Source: Bacteroidota bacterium (GTDB taxonomy: Bacteria; Bacteroidota; Bacteroidia; Cytophagales; ES-bin-26). From it: a stretch of 64,000 nucleotides of DNA. Both the position numbers and the translations under genes were made by a program. Location: positions 555 to 64,554 of the forward strand of contig JAZKGK010000011.1 in assembly GCA_040385915.1 (NCBI GenBank), read 5' to 3'. Every line of letters begins with the position of its first letter. Position 1 is the stretch's first letter. Under the pieces are notes generated by a model that saw only the letters and a list, made by a program, of their open reading frames with translations, was not told where the DNA came from and did no database searches. Positions 19,161-29,800 of this stretch are shown piece after piece.

Positions 19161-19715
19161 CTATCGTTTCTGATTTGCAAAAGGCAAACCCATTGCTTTT
19201 AATAATTCTAAACCTTCTTCGTCCGTTTTAGCAGTAGTAACCAAGGTAATATCCATACCAGATATTTTATTAACCTTATCAATACTGATTTCAGGAAAAA
19301 TAATTTGCTCTTTAATGCCTAAAGTATAGTTACCTCTTCCATCAAAGCCCTTATCATTGATACCTTTAAAATCCCTTACCCGTGGTAACGCTACCGAGGT
19401 AAGACGATCCAGAAATTCATACATTTTATCTCCTCTAAGCGTTACTTTAGCCCCAATAGGCATATTTTCACGCAATTTGAAGTTAGAAATTGCTATCTTA
19501 GAAAGGGTAGGAATTGCTTTTTGTCCGGAAATAAGTGTTAGTTCATCGACACCTACATCAACCAATTTCTTATCTGCAACGGCTGCCCCAATCCCTTTAT
19601 TGATAACGATCTTAACCAGACGAGGAACCTGCATGACAGACTTATATTCAAACCTACCTTTTAAGACAGAAACAATCTCTTTATTGTATTTCTCTTTTAA
19701 TCTTGGAGTTCCCAT
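19161..19715 (-). CDS. rplE: 50S ribosomal protein L5 (uL5)
   Basis: ...[38 protein letters not shown]... Confidence 0.97.
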   Translation of the reverse strand: MGTPRLKEKYNKEIVSVLKGRFEYKSVMQVPRLVKIVINKGIGAAVADKKLVDVGVDELTLISGQKAIPTLSKIAISNFKLRENMPIGAKVTLRGDKMYEFLDRLTSVALPRVRDFKGINDKGFDGRGNYTLGIKEQIIFPEISIDKVNKISGMDITLVTTAKTDEEGLELLKAMGLPFANQKR

Positions 19716-19745
19716 TATAATATTCTTTTATCAAATAAAGCTTGC

Positions 19746-20090
19746 CTAAACATTCTTTATTATCAGCCCAGTCTTTTTGGAGTATCTTTGAAGTTTACCT
19801 TTCTCATCTAGTTTTCGTCCGATGCGCGTAGCTTCACCTGTGGCAGGATCAACTAACATCAGATTACTTACGTGAATAGCCGCCTCTCTTTTTACAATAC
19901 CACCATTCGGCTGTTGAGCGGTAGGCTTTACGTGCTTGGAGATAATATTTACTCCTTCAACAATAGCCCTATCTTTCTCTATAATAACAGATAATACTTT
20001 ACCTGTTTTACCTTTTGAATTACCCGAAATAACCTTCACTGTATCACCTGTACGGATATGTAGTTTCGGCTTCTTATTTGACTGTTCCAT
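19746..20090 (-). CDS. rplX: 50S ribosomal protein L24 (uL24)
   Basis: ...[27 protein letters not shown]... (KOW motif). Confidence 0.96.
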   Translation of the reverse strand: MEQSNKKPKLHIRTGDTVKVISGNSKGKTGKVLSVIIEKDRAIVEGVNIISKHVKPTAQQPNGGIVKREAAIHVSNLMLVDPATGEATRIGRKLDEKGKLQRYSKKTGLIIKNV

Positions 20091-20092
20091 AA

Positions 20093-20461
20093 TTATAATA
20101 CTTCAGGAGCCAAGGAAATAATTTTCATGAACTGCTTCTCACGCAACTCACGAGCAACAGGGCCAAAAATACGGGTCCCTCTTGGTTCGTCGTTATTATT
20201 GAGTAGCACCGCTGCATTATCTTCAAATCGAATGTAAGAGCCATCTTTGCGGCGAATTTCTTTCTTAGTTCTTACTACCACTGCTTTAGAAACAGTCCCT
20301 TTTTTCAAAGAGCTAGACGAAAGAGCAGACTTCACAGTTACTACTATCTTATCGCCAATTGAAGCATATTTTTTACCTGTTCCGCCTAAAACACGGATAC
20401 ATAGTACCTCTTTAGCACCGCTATTATCAGCAACACTGAGTCTTGATTCTTGTTGTATCAT
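20093..20461 (-). CDS. rplN: 50S ribosomal protein L14 (uL14)
   Basis: [27 protein letters not shown]... Confidence 0.98.
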   Translation of the reverse strand: MIQQESRLSVADNSGAKEVLCIRVLGGTGKKYASIGDKIVVTVKSALSSSSLKKGTVSKAVVVRTKKEIRRKDGSYIRFEDNAAVLLNNNDEPRGTRIFGPVARELREKQFMKIISLAPEVL

Positions 20462-20464
20462 CGC

Positions 20465-20725
20465 TTACTTCGCTTTTTCAATAATTTCAATCAACCTCCA
20501 GCGTTTATTTTTGCTGAGAGGACGGGTTTCCATCACTCTTACCTTATCACCAATACTACACTCATTTTTTTCATCGTGCGCCATTAGCTTGGTAGATTTA
20601 GACATAAACTTACCATAGGTGGGATGTTTTACCTTACGCTCAATCACAACAGTAATAGATTTCTCCATTTTATTGCTGGCAACACGCCCCACTCTTTCTT
20701 TTCTTAAATTTCTAGACTCCTCCAT
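20465..20725 (-). CDS. rpsQ: 30S ribosomal protein S17 (uS17)
   Basis: ...[33 protein letters not shown]... Confidence 0.96.
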   Translation of the reverse strand: MEESRNLRKERVGRVASNKMEKSITVVIERKVKHPTYGKFMSKSTKLMAHDEKNECSIGDKVRVMETRPLSKNKRWRLIEIIEKAK

Positions 20726-20811
20726 TGTGATAACTATTTATCCGCTTATGCGGGATGCGATCGTAAATGATGCCTACTGAAAAAACCAAGCTTAATCAAT
20801 CGGCGAAGCGC

Positions 20812-21006
20812 TTACTTTTGATTTTCTTTGATTGTTAATTCAGTATGTAACCGAGCAATCAATTTGCGAGCAGCTCCAATTCTCATTGGATTTTCAATTG
20901 GTGATACTGCATGGGCAAATTTGAGCCTTTGAAGTGTCTCCTTTTCTGCAGCGATTTGCTCTTTTAAAGCTTCGGAACTCAATGCCCGGATATCGGCGTT
21001 TTTCAT
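20812..21006 (-). CDS. rpmC: 50S ribosomal protein L29 (uL29)
   Basis: MKNADIRALSSEALKEQIAAEKETLQRLKFAHAVS... Confidence 0.95.
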   Translation of the reverse strand: MKNADIRALSSEALKEQIAAEKETLQRLKFAHAVSPIENPMRIGAARKLIARLHTELTIKENQK

Positions 21007-21072
21007 AACAATATTTTTTTAATGGAAATAAAAGAACTTTAACAATATACTTGTTAGCCTTTTATTTACCCA

Positions 21073-21507
21073 CTAGGATTCTTTACTTTCTTCAACGTAA
21101 TCTCTACGAACTACAAACTTCGTTTTAATAGGAAGTTTTTGCGCAGCTAATCTCAATGCTTCACTAGCGGTTTCTACACTAACACCAGTAGCTTCAAATA
21201 AGATAGTACCAGGTTTTACTACCGCTACCCAATACTCGGGGGCTCCTTTTCCTTTACCCATCCGAACCTCAGCCGGCTTCTTAGTAATAGGCTTGTCTGG
21301 AAAAATACGAATCCAAACCTGGCCTTCTCTTTTCATTGCTCTGGTCATGGAAATACGAGCTGCTTCCAACTGTCTAGCAGTAATCCAACCAGCCTCCAAG
21401 GATTTTACAGCAAAAGAACCGAAATCAATATTGAATCCGCGGGTTGCAATACCCCTAACTCTTCCTTTTTGCTGTTTTCTAAATTTAGTTCTTTTGGGTT
21501 GTAACAT
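21073..21507 (-). CDS. rplP: 50S ribosomal protein L16 (uL16)
   Basis: [24 protein letters not shown]... Confidence 0.97.
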   Translation of the reverse strand: MLQPKRTKFRKQQKGRVRGIATRGFNIDFGSFAVKSLEAGWITARQLEAARISMTRAMKREGQVWIRIFPDKPITKKPAEVRMGKGKGAPEYWVAVVKPGTILFEATGVSVETASEALRLAAQKLPIKTKFVVRRDYVEESKES

Positions 21508-21582
21508 CTTCGTAGATGATTAGTAAGTCTATTTTGAGAGATTTTATCAATAGTCAAAACAGACTTCAGATTTCAATCAATA

Positions 21583-22419
21583 CTATCTTTTCTTTCTTGG
21601 CCCCTGCCCTGGGGTTTTACCGCGACTATCGGGACGGTCTGGTTTCTTACGGTCTCCTCCTCTTTCTCGGTCATTCCGCTCATTGCCTCCTCTACCTCGT
21701 TCTCTACGTTCGCCACGTTCGTTGGCTACGCCTGCACGGTCACTACCAGCAGCCGAAGCACTAGCTACATTGGCATTAGGAGAAAGATCTCTCTTTCCAA
21801 AAACTTCTCCTTTAAATATCCAGACTTTGATACCTATTTTACCATAAACTGTTTGGGCCTCAGAAATAGCATAATCAATATCCGCCCTTAAGGTATGCAA
21901 AGGAATTCTGCCTTCTTTATATTGTTCAGTTCTGGCCATTTCAGCACCGCCTAAACGGCCAGAAACTTTTACTTTAATTCCTTGTGCACCTACTCTTACG
22001 GCAGAAGCAATTGCTTGCTTCATAGCTCTCCGATAAGAAATACGAGCTTCAAGTTGCTGGGCGATGGACTCACCTACCAACTTAGCATCAATTTCGGGAC
22101 GTTTAATTTCAAATATATTAATCTGTACGTCCTTATTTGTGATTTTCTTAAGCTCTTCTTTGATCTTATCTACTTCAGCACCACCTTTTCCAATTACAAC
22201 TCCTGGACGAGCGGTGTTTATAGTAAGAGTAATCCGCTTAAGTGTTCTTTCAATCACGACTTTAGCAATACCTCCTTTAGGGATACGTGCAGAAACGTAC
22301 TTCCTGATCTTCTCGTCTTCTACTAGTTTATCGGAAAATGTTTTTCCGCCATACCAGTTAGAATCCCAACCTTTGATGATGCCCAGTCTAAAACCGATGG
22401 GGTTAACTTTCTGTCCCAT
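21583..22419 (-). CDS. rpsC: 30S ribosomal protein S3 (uS3) with Arg/Gly/Glu-rich C-terminal tail
   Basis: [23 protein letters not shown]... It is 278 aa. Its start overlaps the rplV stop by 1 nt. Confidence 0.97.
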   Translation of the reverse strand: MGQKVNPIGFRLGIIKGWDSNWYGGKTFSDKLVEDEKIRKYVSARIPKGGIAKVVIERTLKRITLTINTARPGVVIGKGGAEVDKIKEELKKITNKDVQINIFEIKRPEIDAKLVGESIAQQLEARISYRRAMKQAIASAVRVGAQGIKVKVSGRLGGAEMARTEQYKEGRIPLHTLRADIDYAISEAQTVYGKIGIKVWIFKGEVFGKRDLSPNANVASASAAGSDRAGVANERGERRERGRGGNERNDRERGGDRKKPDRPDSRGKTPGQGPRKKR

Positions 22420-22820
22420 TATTGATTATCTGATTCTTGAATACTATTTTTCAACGCAATTACCTTTTGTGCAGCAGTATCAACAATCAATGTAACATGA
22501 TTGGAACGTTTGCGAATGCGATGTCCACGACCCTGAGGAGCCGGGCGAAGTCTTTTCAGCATTCGGCCTTCATCGACGAAAATGGTTTTCACAAGCAGAT
22601 TATCTACTTCTAATTTCGCATCTTCATTGGCAGCTTGCCAATTGGCGATAGCGGACATCAAAAGTTTATATAACTTAGGTGAACCACTATTGGAATCAAA
22701 CTTCAAAATACTTAAAGCATGGTTCACTTTTTGGCCTCTGATCAAGTCAGCGACTCTCCTCATCTTCCGAGGGGAAGTGGGTACATTTCTTAGTTTAGCA
22801 ACTGCTTCCATTTTCTTCAA
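22419..22820 (-). CDS. rplV: 50S ribosomal protein L22 (uL22)
   Basis: [29 protein letters not shown]... The start may instead be the second ATG at 22811. Confidence 0.96.
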   Translation of the reverse strand: MKKMEAVAKLRNVPTSPRKMRRVADLIRGQKVNHALSILKFDSNSGSPKLYKLLMSAIANWQAANEDAKLEVDNLLVKTIFVDEGRMLKRLRPAPQGRGHRIRKRSNHVTLIVDTAAQKVIALKNSIQESDNQ

Positions 22821-22892
22821 TCTTGGATTTTGGCTTCTGAATTATCAATGATAGTAAACCAACATCTCAAAATCAGAATTCATCATTCTAAA

Positions 22893-23171
22893 TTATCGCT
22901 TGCCTTTATCTTTTTTGGCTACGTGACCACGAAAGTTACGAGTGGGTGCAAATTCACCTAATTTATGGCCAACCATGTTTTCAGTTACATAGACTGGAAT
23001 GAACTTATTTCCGTTGTGAACGGCAAAAGTATGGCCTACAAAATCAGGAGAGACCATAGACCTTCTTGACCAAGTTTTGATGACTGATTTCTTACCGGAG
23101 GTGTTCATAGTCTGAACTTTATTATCCAGTCTAAAATCAATATATGGGCCTTTTTTTAGTGAACGTGCCAT
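22893..23171 (-). CDS. rpsS: 30S ribosomal protein S19 (uS19)
   Basis: [15 protein letters not shown]... Its ATG overlaps the rplB TAA (TAATG). Confidence 0.97.
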   Translation of the reverse strand: MARSLKKGPYIDFRLDNKVQTMNTSGKKSVIKTWSRRSMVSPDFVGHTFAVHNGNKFIPVYVTENMVGHKLGEFAPTRNFRGHVAKKDKGKR

Positions 23172-23995
23172 TATTTCTTCCTTCTACTTATGATTAATCT
23201 ATCAGAGTATTTTTTAGGGCTTCTAGTCTTTTTACCTTTTGACAGCAAACCATTCCGTGAACGAGGATGACCACCAGAGGATCTTCCTTCGCCACCACCC
23301 ATTGGGTGATCCACAGGGTTCATAACAACCCCTCTTACTCTTGGCCTTCTGCCCAACCACCGATGACGTCCTGCTTTACCAAGAACAACATTCATATGAT
23401 CTGCATTTGACGTAGATCCAACAGTTGCCATACAAGTCATTAATACCATCCTCATCTCACCTGAAGGGAGCTTAAGTGTAGCATATTTACCGTCTCTCGC
23501 CAAAAGCTGAGCATAAGTACCCGCACTTCTTGCCATCGAGCCTCCTTTGCCAGGAGCCAATTCAATATTATGAATAATAGTGCCTAGAGGTATATGGGAT
23601 AAAGGTAAAGCATTCCCTACTTCAGGAGCTACTTCAGTACCTGAAATAACAGTTTGTCCAACACTAATACCTTGAGGAGCTATTATATATCTTTTTTCAC
23701 CATCAGCATATTCCAAAAGCGCTATACGAGCAGTACGGTTGGGATCATATTCTACTGACTGAACTATTGCAGCAACGTTTGCTTTATCTCGTTTAAAGTC
23801 AATAATACGGTAACGACGTTTATGCCCCCCGCCAATATAGCGCATGGTCATTCTACCGGTATCATTTCTACCTCCTGTCCTCTTTATTGAGTCCAGCAAT
23901 GACTTTTGAGGCTTATCAGTGGTAATCTCCTCGAAAGAAGGAGCTACCCTAAATCTTTGGCCAGGTGTGGTCGGTTTAAGTTTCTTAACTGCCAT
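23171..23995 (-). CDS. rplB: 50S ribosomal protein L2 (uL2)
   Basis: [15 protein letters not shown]...GGGHKRRYR...[14 protein letters not shown]. Confidence 0.98.
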   Translation of the reverse strand: MAVKKLKPTTPGQRFRVAPSFEEITTDKPQKSLLDSIKRTGGRNDTGRMTMRYIGGGHKRRYRIIDFKRDKANVAAIVQSVEYDPNRTARIALLEYADGEKRYIIAPQGISVGQTVISGTEVAPEVGNALPLSHIPLGTIIHNIELAPGKGGSMARSAGTYAQLLARDGKYATLKLPSGEMRMVLMTCMATVGSTSNADHMNVVLGKAGRHRWLGRRPRVRGVVMNPVDHPMGGGEGRSSGGHPRSRNGLLSKGKKTRSPKKYSDRLIISRRKK

Positions 23996-24037
23996 TTTTA
24001 TAAAATGCTAACGGTTGAGATATCTATTTTTGGTAAA

Positions 24038-24325
24038 TTAGATACCGCTGTAAAAATCTATTACTTCGCCTTCAGCTACGGTAACAATTGCTTTTTTAGT
24101 AGCAGAGGTTCTACCTGTAACTACCTTAGCTTGGGTACTCTTAGACTTAGGCTTACCGGCACGACGCAGTGTATTTACATCTTTTACCTTTACACCATAC
24201 ATTTTCTCAACGGCTTTTTTGATTTCTATCTTATTAGCCTTCAAGTGTACTAAGAAACCGTATCTCCCCTTTTCATTCATTGCGGATAATTTCTCCGTAA
24301 TCAAGGGCTTAATTAATACGCTCAT
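24038..24325 (-). CDS. rplW: 50S ribosomal protein L23 (uL23)
   Basis: MSVLIKPLITEKLSAMNEKGRYGFLVHLKANKIEIKKAVEKMYGVKV. Confidence 0.96.
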   Translation of the reverse strand: MSVLIKPLITEKLSAMNEKGRYGFLVHLKANKIEIKKAVEKMYGVKVKDVNTLRRAGKPKSKSTQAKVVTGRTSATKKAIVTVAEGEVIDFYSGI

Positions 24326-24331
24326 TTTCTA

Positions 24332-24958
24332 TTATTTAAGAAGGTTCTCAATTTTTTCTAATGCACCTTCGCTAATCAACAATCTGTCTGCATGCATTAA
24401 CTCATAAGTATTGAGTTGGCTAGCCGTTGTTACTTTAGCTCTTTGAAGGTTTCTGCTAGACTTATATACATTAATATTAGTTTCTGGCAGAATTAATAGG
24501 GTTTTCTTATCAGATAAAGAAAAGGCCTTAAGAAACTCTATATAAGATTTAGTCTTAGGTTCATCAAAGTTGAAGTCAGCTAAAACTGAGATAGCAGCAT
24601 TATTAGCTTTGTCAGTCAAAACAGATTTCCTAGCTAAGACTTTAACTTTTTTATTAAGTTTAAACCTATAATCTCTTGGTCGAGGGCCGAAGACCCTACC
24701 ACCACCCTTCATTAAAGGAGATTTACGACTACCAGCACGAGCACCGCCAGTACCTTTCTGCTTTTTCAATTTCCTTGTAGAAAAAGAAACTTCAGCTCTT
24801 TCCTTAGATTTATGCGTTCCTTGCCTTTGATTGGCAAGGTATTGCTTCACATCCAAATAAACAGCGTGTTCGTTTGGATCAATGCCATAAATAGCATCAG
24901 ATAAAACTATTTTTTTACCTGTATCTTTTCCCGTATAATCAAATACTGATACTTCCAT
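24332..24958 (-). CDS. rplD: 50S ribosomal protein L4 (uL4)
   Basis: MEVSVFDYTGKDTGKKIVLSD...KQKGTGGARAGSRKSPLMKGGGRVFGP. Confidence 0.97.
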   Translation of the reverse strand: MEVSVFDYTGKDTGKKIVLSDAIYGIDPNEHAVYLDVKQYLANQRQGTHKSKERAEVSFSTRKLKKQKGTGGARAGSRKSPLMKGGGRVFGPRPRDYRFKLNKKVKVLARKSVLTDKANNAAISVLADFNFDEPKTKSYIEFLKAFSLSDKKTLLILPETNINVYKSSRNLQRAKVTTASQLNTYELMHADRLLISEGALEKIENLLK

Positions 24959-24962
24959 TTGC

Positions 24963-25583
24963 TTACTTCTCTAAAATGACCAATGAATTCTTGGCTCCAG
25001 GAATAGAACCACTCAACACTAAAAGGTTTTGCTCAGGGATCACTTTGAGAACTCTCAAATTCTCAACAGTTACACGATTGCCACCCATACGCCCAGCCAT
25101 TCGCAAGCCTTTGAATACCCTAGAAGGAAAAGAGCAAGCACCAATAGAACCTGGGTGACGCAGTCGATTATGTTGACCGTGAGTAGCTCCACCTACACCA
25201 GCAAAACCGTGTCTTTTAACAACGCCTTGAAATCCTTTTCCTTTAGAAGTACCAACAGCGTCCAAGAATTCGCCTTCAGCGAACACATCTTGTACCTGAA
25301 TAGTATCGCCTAAATTTAAAGTCTCTTTAAAGCCTTTAAATTCAACTAATTTACGCTTAGGAGTAGTGTTAGCTTTCTTAAAATGCCCTATCATAGGCTT
25401 AGTAGTATGCTTTTCTTTTTTCTCACCGTACCCTAATTGTACTGCCTCGTACCCGTCTGTGTCCACATTCTTCACTTGCGTTACTACGCAAGGACCAGCC
25501 TCTATCAATGTGCATGCGACATATTGTCCATCGGCACCAAAGATGCTAGTCATTCCAATTTTTTTTCCTATTATACCAGACAT
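24963..25583 (-). CDS. rplC: 50S ribosomal protein L3 (uL3)
   Basis: [28 protein letters not shown]... Confidence 0.97.
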   Translation of the reverse strand: MSGIIGKKIGMTSIFGADGQYVACTLIEAGPCVVTQVKNVDTDGYEAVQLGYGEKKEKHTTKPMIGHFKKANTTPKRKLVEFKGFKETLNLGDTIQVQDVFAEGEFLDAVGTSKGKGFQGVVKRHGFAGVGGATHGQHNRLRHPGSIGACSFPSRVFKGLRMAGRMGGNRVTVENLRVLKVIPEQNLLVLSGSIPGAKNSLVILEK

Positions 25584-25644
25584 GTTTATATTAAATTAAA
25601 ACAGCTTTGTTGTCCTTGAACAAACATCCCTTGAAATGGGAGTG

Positions 25645-25674
25645 CAAAGTTATCGATTTAAAATAGTATTGCAA
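25645..25674 (-). promoter_or_regulatory. candidate internal promoter upstream of rplC
   Basis: The minus strand reads TTG-N19-TAACTTTG (the -7 box is at 25645-25652), followed by GCACTCCCATTTCAAGGGA, about 60 nt upstream of the rplC ATG. Confidence 0.5.
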
Positions 25675-25721
25675 TAAAATAAAGAAAATAAATTATTAAA
25701 TTTAGTTCAAAAACCTTTACT

Positions 25722-25750
25722 AAAAAAGCCGATTTGGAATCGGCTTTTTT
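25722..25750. terminator. rho-independent terminator directly after rpsJ
   Basis: A6-AGCCGATT-tgg-AATCGGCT-T6: an 8-bp stem with U-runs on both strands, about 25 nt after the rpsJ stop. Confidence 0.75.
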
Positions 25751-25773
25751 AGTAAAGAAAAAGTAAACATCGA

Positions 25774-26079
25774 TCAAACTTTAATCTCAACATCCACTCC
25801 ACTAGGCAGTTCTAATTTCATTAGAGCATCTACTGTTTTAGCACTAGTAGAATAAATATCTACCAGACGCCGATAAGTACACAACTGAAATTGCTCACGT
25901 GCCTTTTTGTTTACGTGTGGAGAGCGCAAAACAGTGAATATTTCTTTTTGCGTGGGTAATGGGATTGGCCCACTTACCACCGCTCCAGTTGACTTCACCG
26001 CCTTGACAATCTTCTCAGAAGATTTATCCACCAAGCTGTGGTCAAAAGACTTAAGTTTAATTCTTATTTTCTGATTCAT
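25774..26079 (-). CDS. rpsJ: 30S ribosomal protein S10 (uS10)
   Basis: ORF 25774..26136 trimmed to [25 protein letters not shown]... It directly follows fusA. Confidence 0.96.
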   Translation of the reverse strand: MNQKIRIKLKSFDHSLVDKSSEKIVKAVKSTGAVVSGPIPLPTQKEIFTVLRSPHVNKKAREQFQLCTYRRLVDIYSTSAKTVDALMKLELPSGVDVEIKV

Positions 26080-26148
26080 ATTTATATAGACATTAGTCGT
26101 TAGTCTTAAATCGTCAGTACTTTCCACTAACGACAACTTACGTAATAC

Positions 26149-28251
26149 TTATTTTACAGCTAGGCCTTTGACTTTAGCCACAATAGATTCAGCTAAGTTA
26201 TTTGGAACAAACTCATAATGGGAGAACGTCAAACTTGCTGTTGCACGGCCTGAGGAAATTGTACGTAAATCAGTAACATAACCAAATAATTCAGATAGCG
26301 GCACATCAGCTTTAATAATTTGTGCTCCGCCTCTTGAATCCATGCCTTTCATTACACCACGTCGACGATTCAAATCACCGGTTAGAGGTCCGGTAAACTC
26401 ATCTGGCGTTAATACTTCTACACTCATAATAGGCTCCATTAATTTGGGCCCACATTGTTTAGCAGCCTCTTTATAACCTATTCTTGCAGCCATTTCAAAG
26501 GAAAGAGCATCAGAATCTACATCATGATAGGAGCCATGGAAGATTCTTACTTTCATAGAATCCATTGGATATCCAGCAAGCACTCCATTTTTCATCGCTT
26601 CTTCAAACCCTTTTTGAATAGGTTGAATGAATTCCCTTGGAATAACACCACCAACAATGTTATTAACGAACTCTAATCCAATAGCACCGTCTTCTCGTGG
26701 CCCTAGTTCAAACAATACATCAGCGAATTTACCTCTACCACCTGTTTGTTTCTTATATACTTCCCGGTGTTCGACGCTTTTTGTAAGTGATTCTTTATAA
26801 GCAACTTGAGGTGCTCCTTGATTAATCTCTACTTTAAACTCCCGCCTCATACGGTCAATGATGATCTCAAGGTGCAATTCGCCCATACCTCTTAAGATAG
26901 TCTGACCAGTTTCCTGATCAGTATGCACCCGCAGCGTTGGATCTTCTTCAACTAGCTTAGCTATTGCATTACCTAGTTTGTCACTATCTGCTTGCTTTTT
27001 GGGCTCAATGGCATAGCCAATAACTGGCTCTGGAAAATCCATTGATTCTAGCACTATCTTGGCATTTGGATCACAAAGTGTATCACCGGTTTTAATATCC
27101 TTAAAACCAACTACTGCACCAATGTCCCCCGCACTCAGTCTTTCAATCTGATTTTGCTTGTTGGCATGCATCTGAAAAATGCGGGATATGCGTTCTTTAT
27201 TGTCAGAACGAGTATTAAATACGTACGAACCTGACTCCAAAACGCCTGAATACGCACGAACGAAACACAAGCGTCCAACAAAAGGATCGGTTGCAATTTT
27301 AAACGCTAAACCAGCAAAAGGCTCTTTTTCATCTGGCTTGCGAGAAACTTCCTCTCCAGTATCTGGATTAGTCCCTATAATGCTTTCTTTATCTAGTGGT
27401 GATGGACAAAGAGCCATTACGTAGTCCAACATTGTTTGAACTCCCTTATTTTTAAAGGATGATCCACAAAGCATTGGTACAATTGCCATATCAATCGTTG
27501 CTTTGCGCAATGCTGTCAGTATTTCTTCTTCAGTAATAGTAGAAGGATCATCAAAGAATTTTTCTAGCAGCTTTTCATCATAGTCAGCAACCGCCTCAAG
27601 CAATTTCTCCCTATATTCCGTCGCTTCTTCCAGCATATCATCAGGAATAGGAACTTCTCTAAAGGTCATCCCTTTATCGTGCTCATTCCACTCAATACCA
27701 CGGAAATTCACTAGATCAACCACTCCCTTAAATTCATCTTCAGCACCTATAGGCAATTGAAGGGCAACAGCATTGCTTCCCAACATTTCCTTCACTTGCT
27801 TACACACACCTAAGAAGTCAGCACCTGAACGATCCATTTTATTTACAAAGCCAATACGAGCAACTTTGTAATTATTCGCCAGTCTCCAATTAGTTTCTGA
27901 CTGTGGCTCTACTCCGTCAACAGCGCTAAACAAGAAAACTAAGCCGTCAAGAACACGTAGAGATCGATTTACCTCTACAGTAAAATCTACGTGACCAGGA
28001 GTATCTATAATATTGATATGATATTTATCTCCTCTATATTCCCAATCAACAGTAGTTGCTGCCGAAGTAATGGTAATACCACGCTCTTGCTCTTGCTCCA
28101 TCCAGTCCATTGTGGCAGCACCATCATGAACTTCTCCTATTTTATGACTAACCCCTGCATAGTACAAAATACGCTCTGTGGTGGTAGTTTTCCCAGCATC
28201 AATATGCGCAGCTATACCAATATTTCTTGTATATTTTAAATCGCGTGCCAT
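26149..28251 (-). CDS. fusA: elongation factor G
   Basis: ...[24 protein letters not shown]...DTPGHVDF...; 700 aa. Confidence 0.98.
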   Translation of the reverse strand: MARDLKYTRNIGIAAHIDAGKTTTTERILYYAGVSHKIGEVHDGAATMDWMEQEQERGITITSAATTVDWEYRGDKYHINIIDTPGHVDFTVEVNRSLRVLDGLVFLFSAVDGVEPQSETNWRLANNYKVARIGFVNKMDRSGADFLGVCKQVKEMLGSNAVALQLPIGAEDEFKGVVDLVNFRGIEWNEHDKGMTFREVPIPDDMLEEATEYREKLLEAVADYDEKLLEKFFDDPSTITEEEILTALRKATIDMAIVPMLCGSSFKNKGVQTMLDYVMALCPSPLDKESIIGTNPDTGEEVSRKPDEKEPFAGLAFKIATDPFVGRLCFVRAYSGVLESGSYVFNTRSDNKERISRIFQMHANKQNQIERLSAGDIGAVVGFKDIKTGDTLCDPNAKIVLESMDFPEPVIGYAIEPKKQADSDKLGNAIAKLVEEDPTLRVHTDQETGQTILRGMGELHLEIIIDRMRREFKVEINQGAPQVAYKESLTKSVEHREVYKKQTGGRGKFADVLFELGPREDGAIGLEFVNNIVGGVIPREFIQPIQKGFEEAMKNGVLAGYPMDSMKVRIFHGSYHDVDSDALSFEMAARIGYKEAAKQCGPKLMEPIMSVEVLTPDEFTGPLTGDLNRRRGVMKGMDSRGGAQIIKADVPLSELFGYVTDLRTISSGRATASLTFSHYEFVPNNLAESIVAKVKGLAVK

Positions 28252-28253
28252 TG

Positions 28254-28721
28254 TTAGAATCTAAAGTGAGAGAAGGCTTTGTTAGCTTCTGCCATACGGT
28301 GGGTATCATCCTTTTTCTTTACTGAGGCACCTTCGCCTTTAGAGGCAGCAATAATCTCCGCAGCTAACCTTTCTATCATTGTCTTTTCTCCTCTTGCACG
28401 AGAATATTTCACCATCCATTTCATACCCAATGAGGTTTTCCTGTCAGGTCTTACTTCGATAGGCACTTGGAAGTTAGCGCCACCTACACGACGACTTTTC
28501 ACTTCTACGGAAGGCATAATATTATTAAGCGCTTTCTTCCACATATCCAGACCATTCTCATTGGTTCTTTTATTAACCAAATCACAGGCGCCGTAGAAAA
28601 TAGAATACGCTAAACTCTTTTTGCCCTCCAGCATCAGGTTATTAACGAATTTGGTTACTAAAACATCCTTAAACTTAGGGTCAGGAAGTATATAACGCTT
28701 TTTGGGTTTTGACTTTCTCAT
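28254..28721 (-). CDS. rpsG: 30S ribosomal protein S7 (uS7)
   Basis: [30 protein letters not shown]... Confidence 0.97.
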   Translation of the reverse strand: MRKSKPKKRYILPDPKFKDVLVTKFVNNLMLEGKKSLAYSIFYGACDLVNKRTNENGLDMWKKALNNIMPSVEVKSRRVGGANFQVPIEVRPDRKTSLGMKWMVKYSRARGEKTMIERLAAEIIAASKGEGASVKKKDDTHRMAEANKAFSHFRF

Positions 28722-28731
28722 GATTGTAGTT

Positions 28732-28802
28732 GTTAGCTTTTAGCCGTTAGCCGTTAGATTTTTTGTCAAATTGATGACTAACGACTGCTTACTAATGACT
28801 AG
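28732..28802. repeat. opposed blocks of tandem heptamers filling the rpsL-rpsG spacer
   Basis: GTTAGCT TTTAGCC GTTAGCC GTTAGAT (28732-28759), then TGACTAA CGACTGC TTACTAA TGACTAG (28775-28802). Every unit carries a TAG/TAA or its complement. Confidence 0.6.
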
Positions 28803-28804
28803 GA

Positions 28805-29230
28805 TTACTTTTTACCTTTTGCGGGTGGAGCACCTTTTTTACCAGCAGCCACTTGTCCGGGCTTGGGTCTCTTGGCACCATATTTAGATCTTGCTTGCAA
28901 CCGTCCGCTTACACCAGCAGTATCCAATGCACCTCTAATAATGTGGTAACGAACACCTGGCAAATCCTTTACTCTTCCACCTCGAATTAACACAATAGAG
29001 TGCTCTTGCAAGTTGTGGCCTTCTCCAGGAATATAAGCGTTTACTTCTTTACCGTTTGTTAGTCTTACTCTGGCTACCTTACGCATAGCAGAGTTTGGCT
29101 TCTTGGGTGTAGTGGTATATACCCTTGTACAAACGCCTCTTCTTTGTGGGCAGGAATCCAAGGCAGGCGACTTCGACTTGGATGTCAATTCGTTTCTGCC
29201 TTTTCTTACTAATTGTTGTATAGTAGGCAT
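28805..29230 (-). CDS. rpsL: 30S ribosomal protein S12 (uS12) with short basic C-terminal extension
   Basis: [48 protein letters not shown]... Confidence 0.98.
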   Translation of the reverse strand: MPTIQQLVRKGRNELTSKSKSPALDSCPQRRGVCTRVYTTTPKKPNSAMRKVARVRLTNGKEVNAYIPGEGHNLQEHSIVLIRGGRVKDLPGVRYHIIRGALDTAGVSGRLQARSKYGAKRPKPGQVAAGKKGAPPAKGKK

Positions 29231-29279
29231 TTATTTTTGATATTTTAACGGCAAATTATTGCCTATTTTTTTGGAAGTG

Positions 29280-29309
29280 CAAAGATACGCAAAGGTATAA
29301 TTATTGCAA
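29280..29309 (-). promoter_or_regulatory. candidate promoter of the rpsL-rpsG-fusA-rpsJ unit
   Basis: The minus strand reads TTG-N19-TATCTTTG (the -7 box is at 29280-29287). A second TACCTTTG lies at 29290-29297. The site is about 50 nt upstream of the rpsL ATG. Confidence 0.55.
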
Positions 29310-29384
29310 GGACTAATTTTTATTTTTATTTATTGTATTAAAAATCACTGAGGAGAAATATAAATGGTAACCAAACATTCCCAT

Positions 29385-29714
29385 TCAAGCTTCGCCCATT
29401 GTACCCCCAAAATTCATTGGAAAGTTGAAAGTATCTTCTGTTTGTTTAATGGGGCCAAAGGTATCTTCATATTTGCGAATATTGTCTTTTAAGGCAGACA
29501 ATAGACGTTTAGCATGTTCAGGTGTAATAATGATACGTGATTTCACCTTGGCCTTAGGAACACCAGGCATGAGCCTAATAAAATCTACTACAAATTCACT
29601 GTGAGAATGGGCAATCATTGCCAAATTTGCATAAACTCCCTCAGCCATTTCTTCCGAAAGCTCAATATTAATTTGATTTTCGGGTTCTTGTTTTTTTCGT
29701 TTATCCTCTGCCAT
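29385..29714 (-). CDS. DUF3467-family protein
   Basis: ...INIELSEEMAEGVYANLAMIAHSHSEFVVDFIRLMPGVPKAKVKSRIIITPEHAKRLLSALKDNI... This small gene is conserved downstream of rpoC in Bacteroidota. Confidence 0.8.
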   Translation of the reverse strand: MAEDKRKKQEPENQINIELSEEMAEGVYANLAMIAHSHSEFVVDFIRLMPGVPKAKVKSRIIITPEHAKRLLSALKDNIRKYEDTFGPIKQTEDTFNFPMNFGGTMGEA

Positions 29715-29800
29715 AAAGTTTTTATGTGCAGATGCATAGATAGGCAGATCGACAAAAGAGTAACAACTCCTTCTGCCTATCTGCCTATCTCTACATCAAT

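Noticed and set aside
20726-20811. Short stems in the rpmC-rpsQ spacer (CCGC-ttat-GCGG, AAGCGCTT), and a 5-bp stem plus T-run in the rpsD-rpoA spacer (11990-12020 region)
   Set aside because: The stems are only 4-6 bp with bulges, too weak to call attenuators without folding energies or conservation data.
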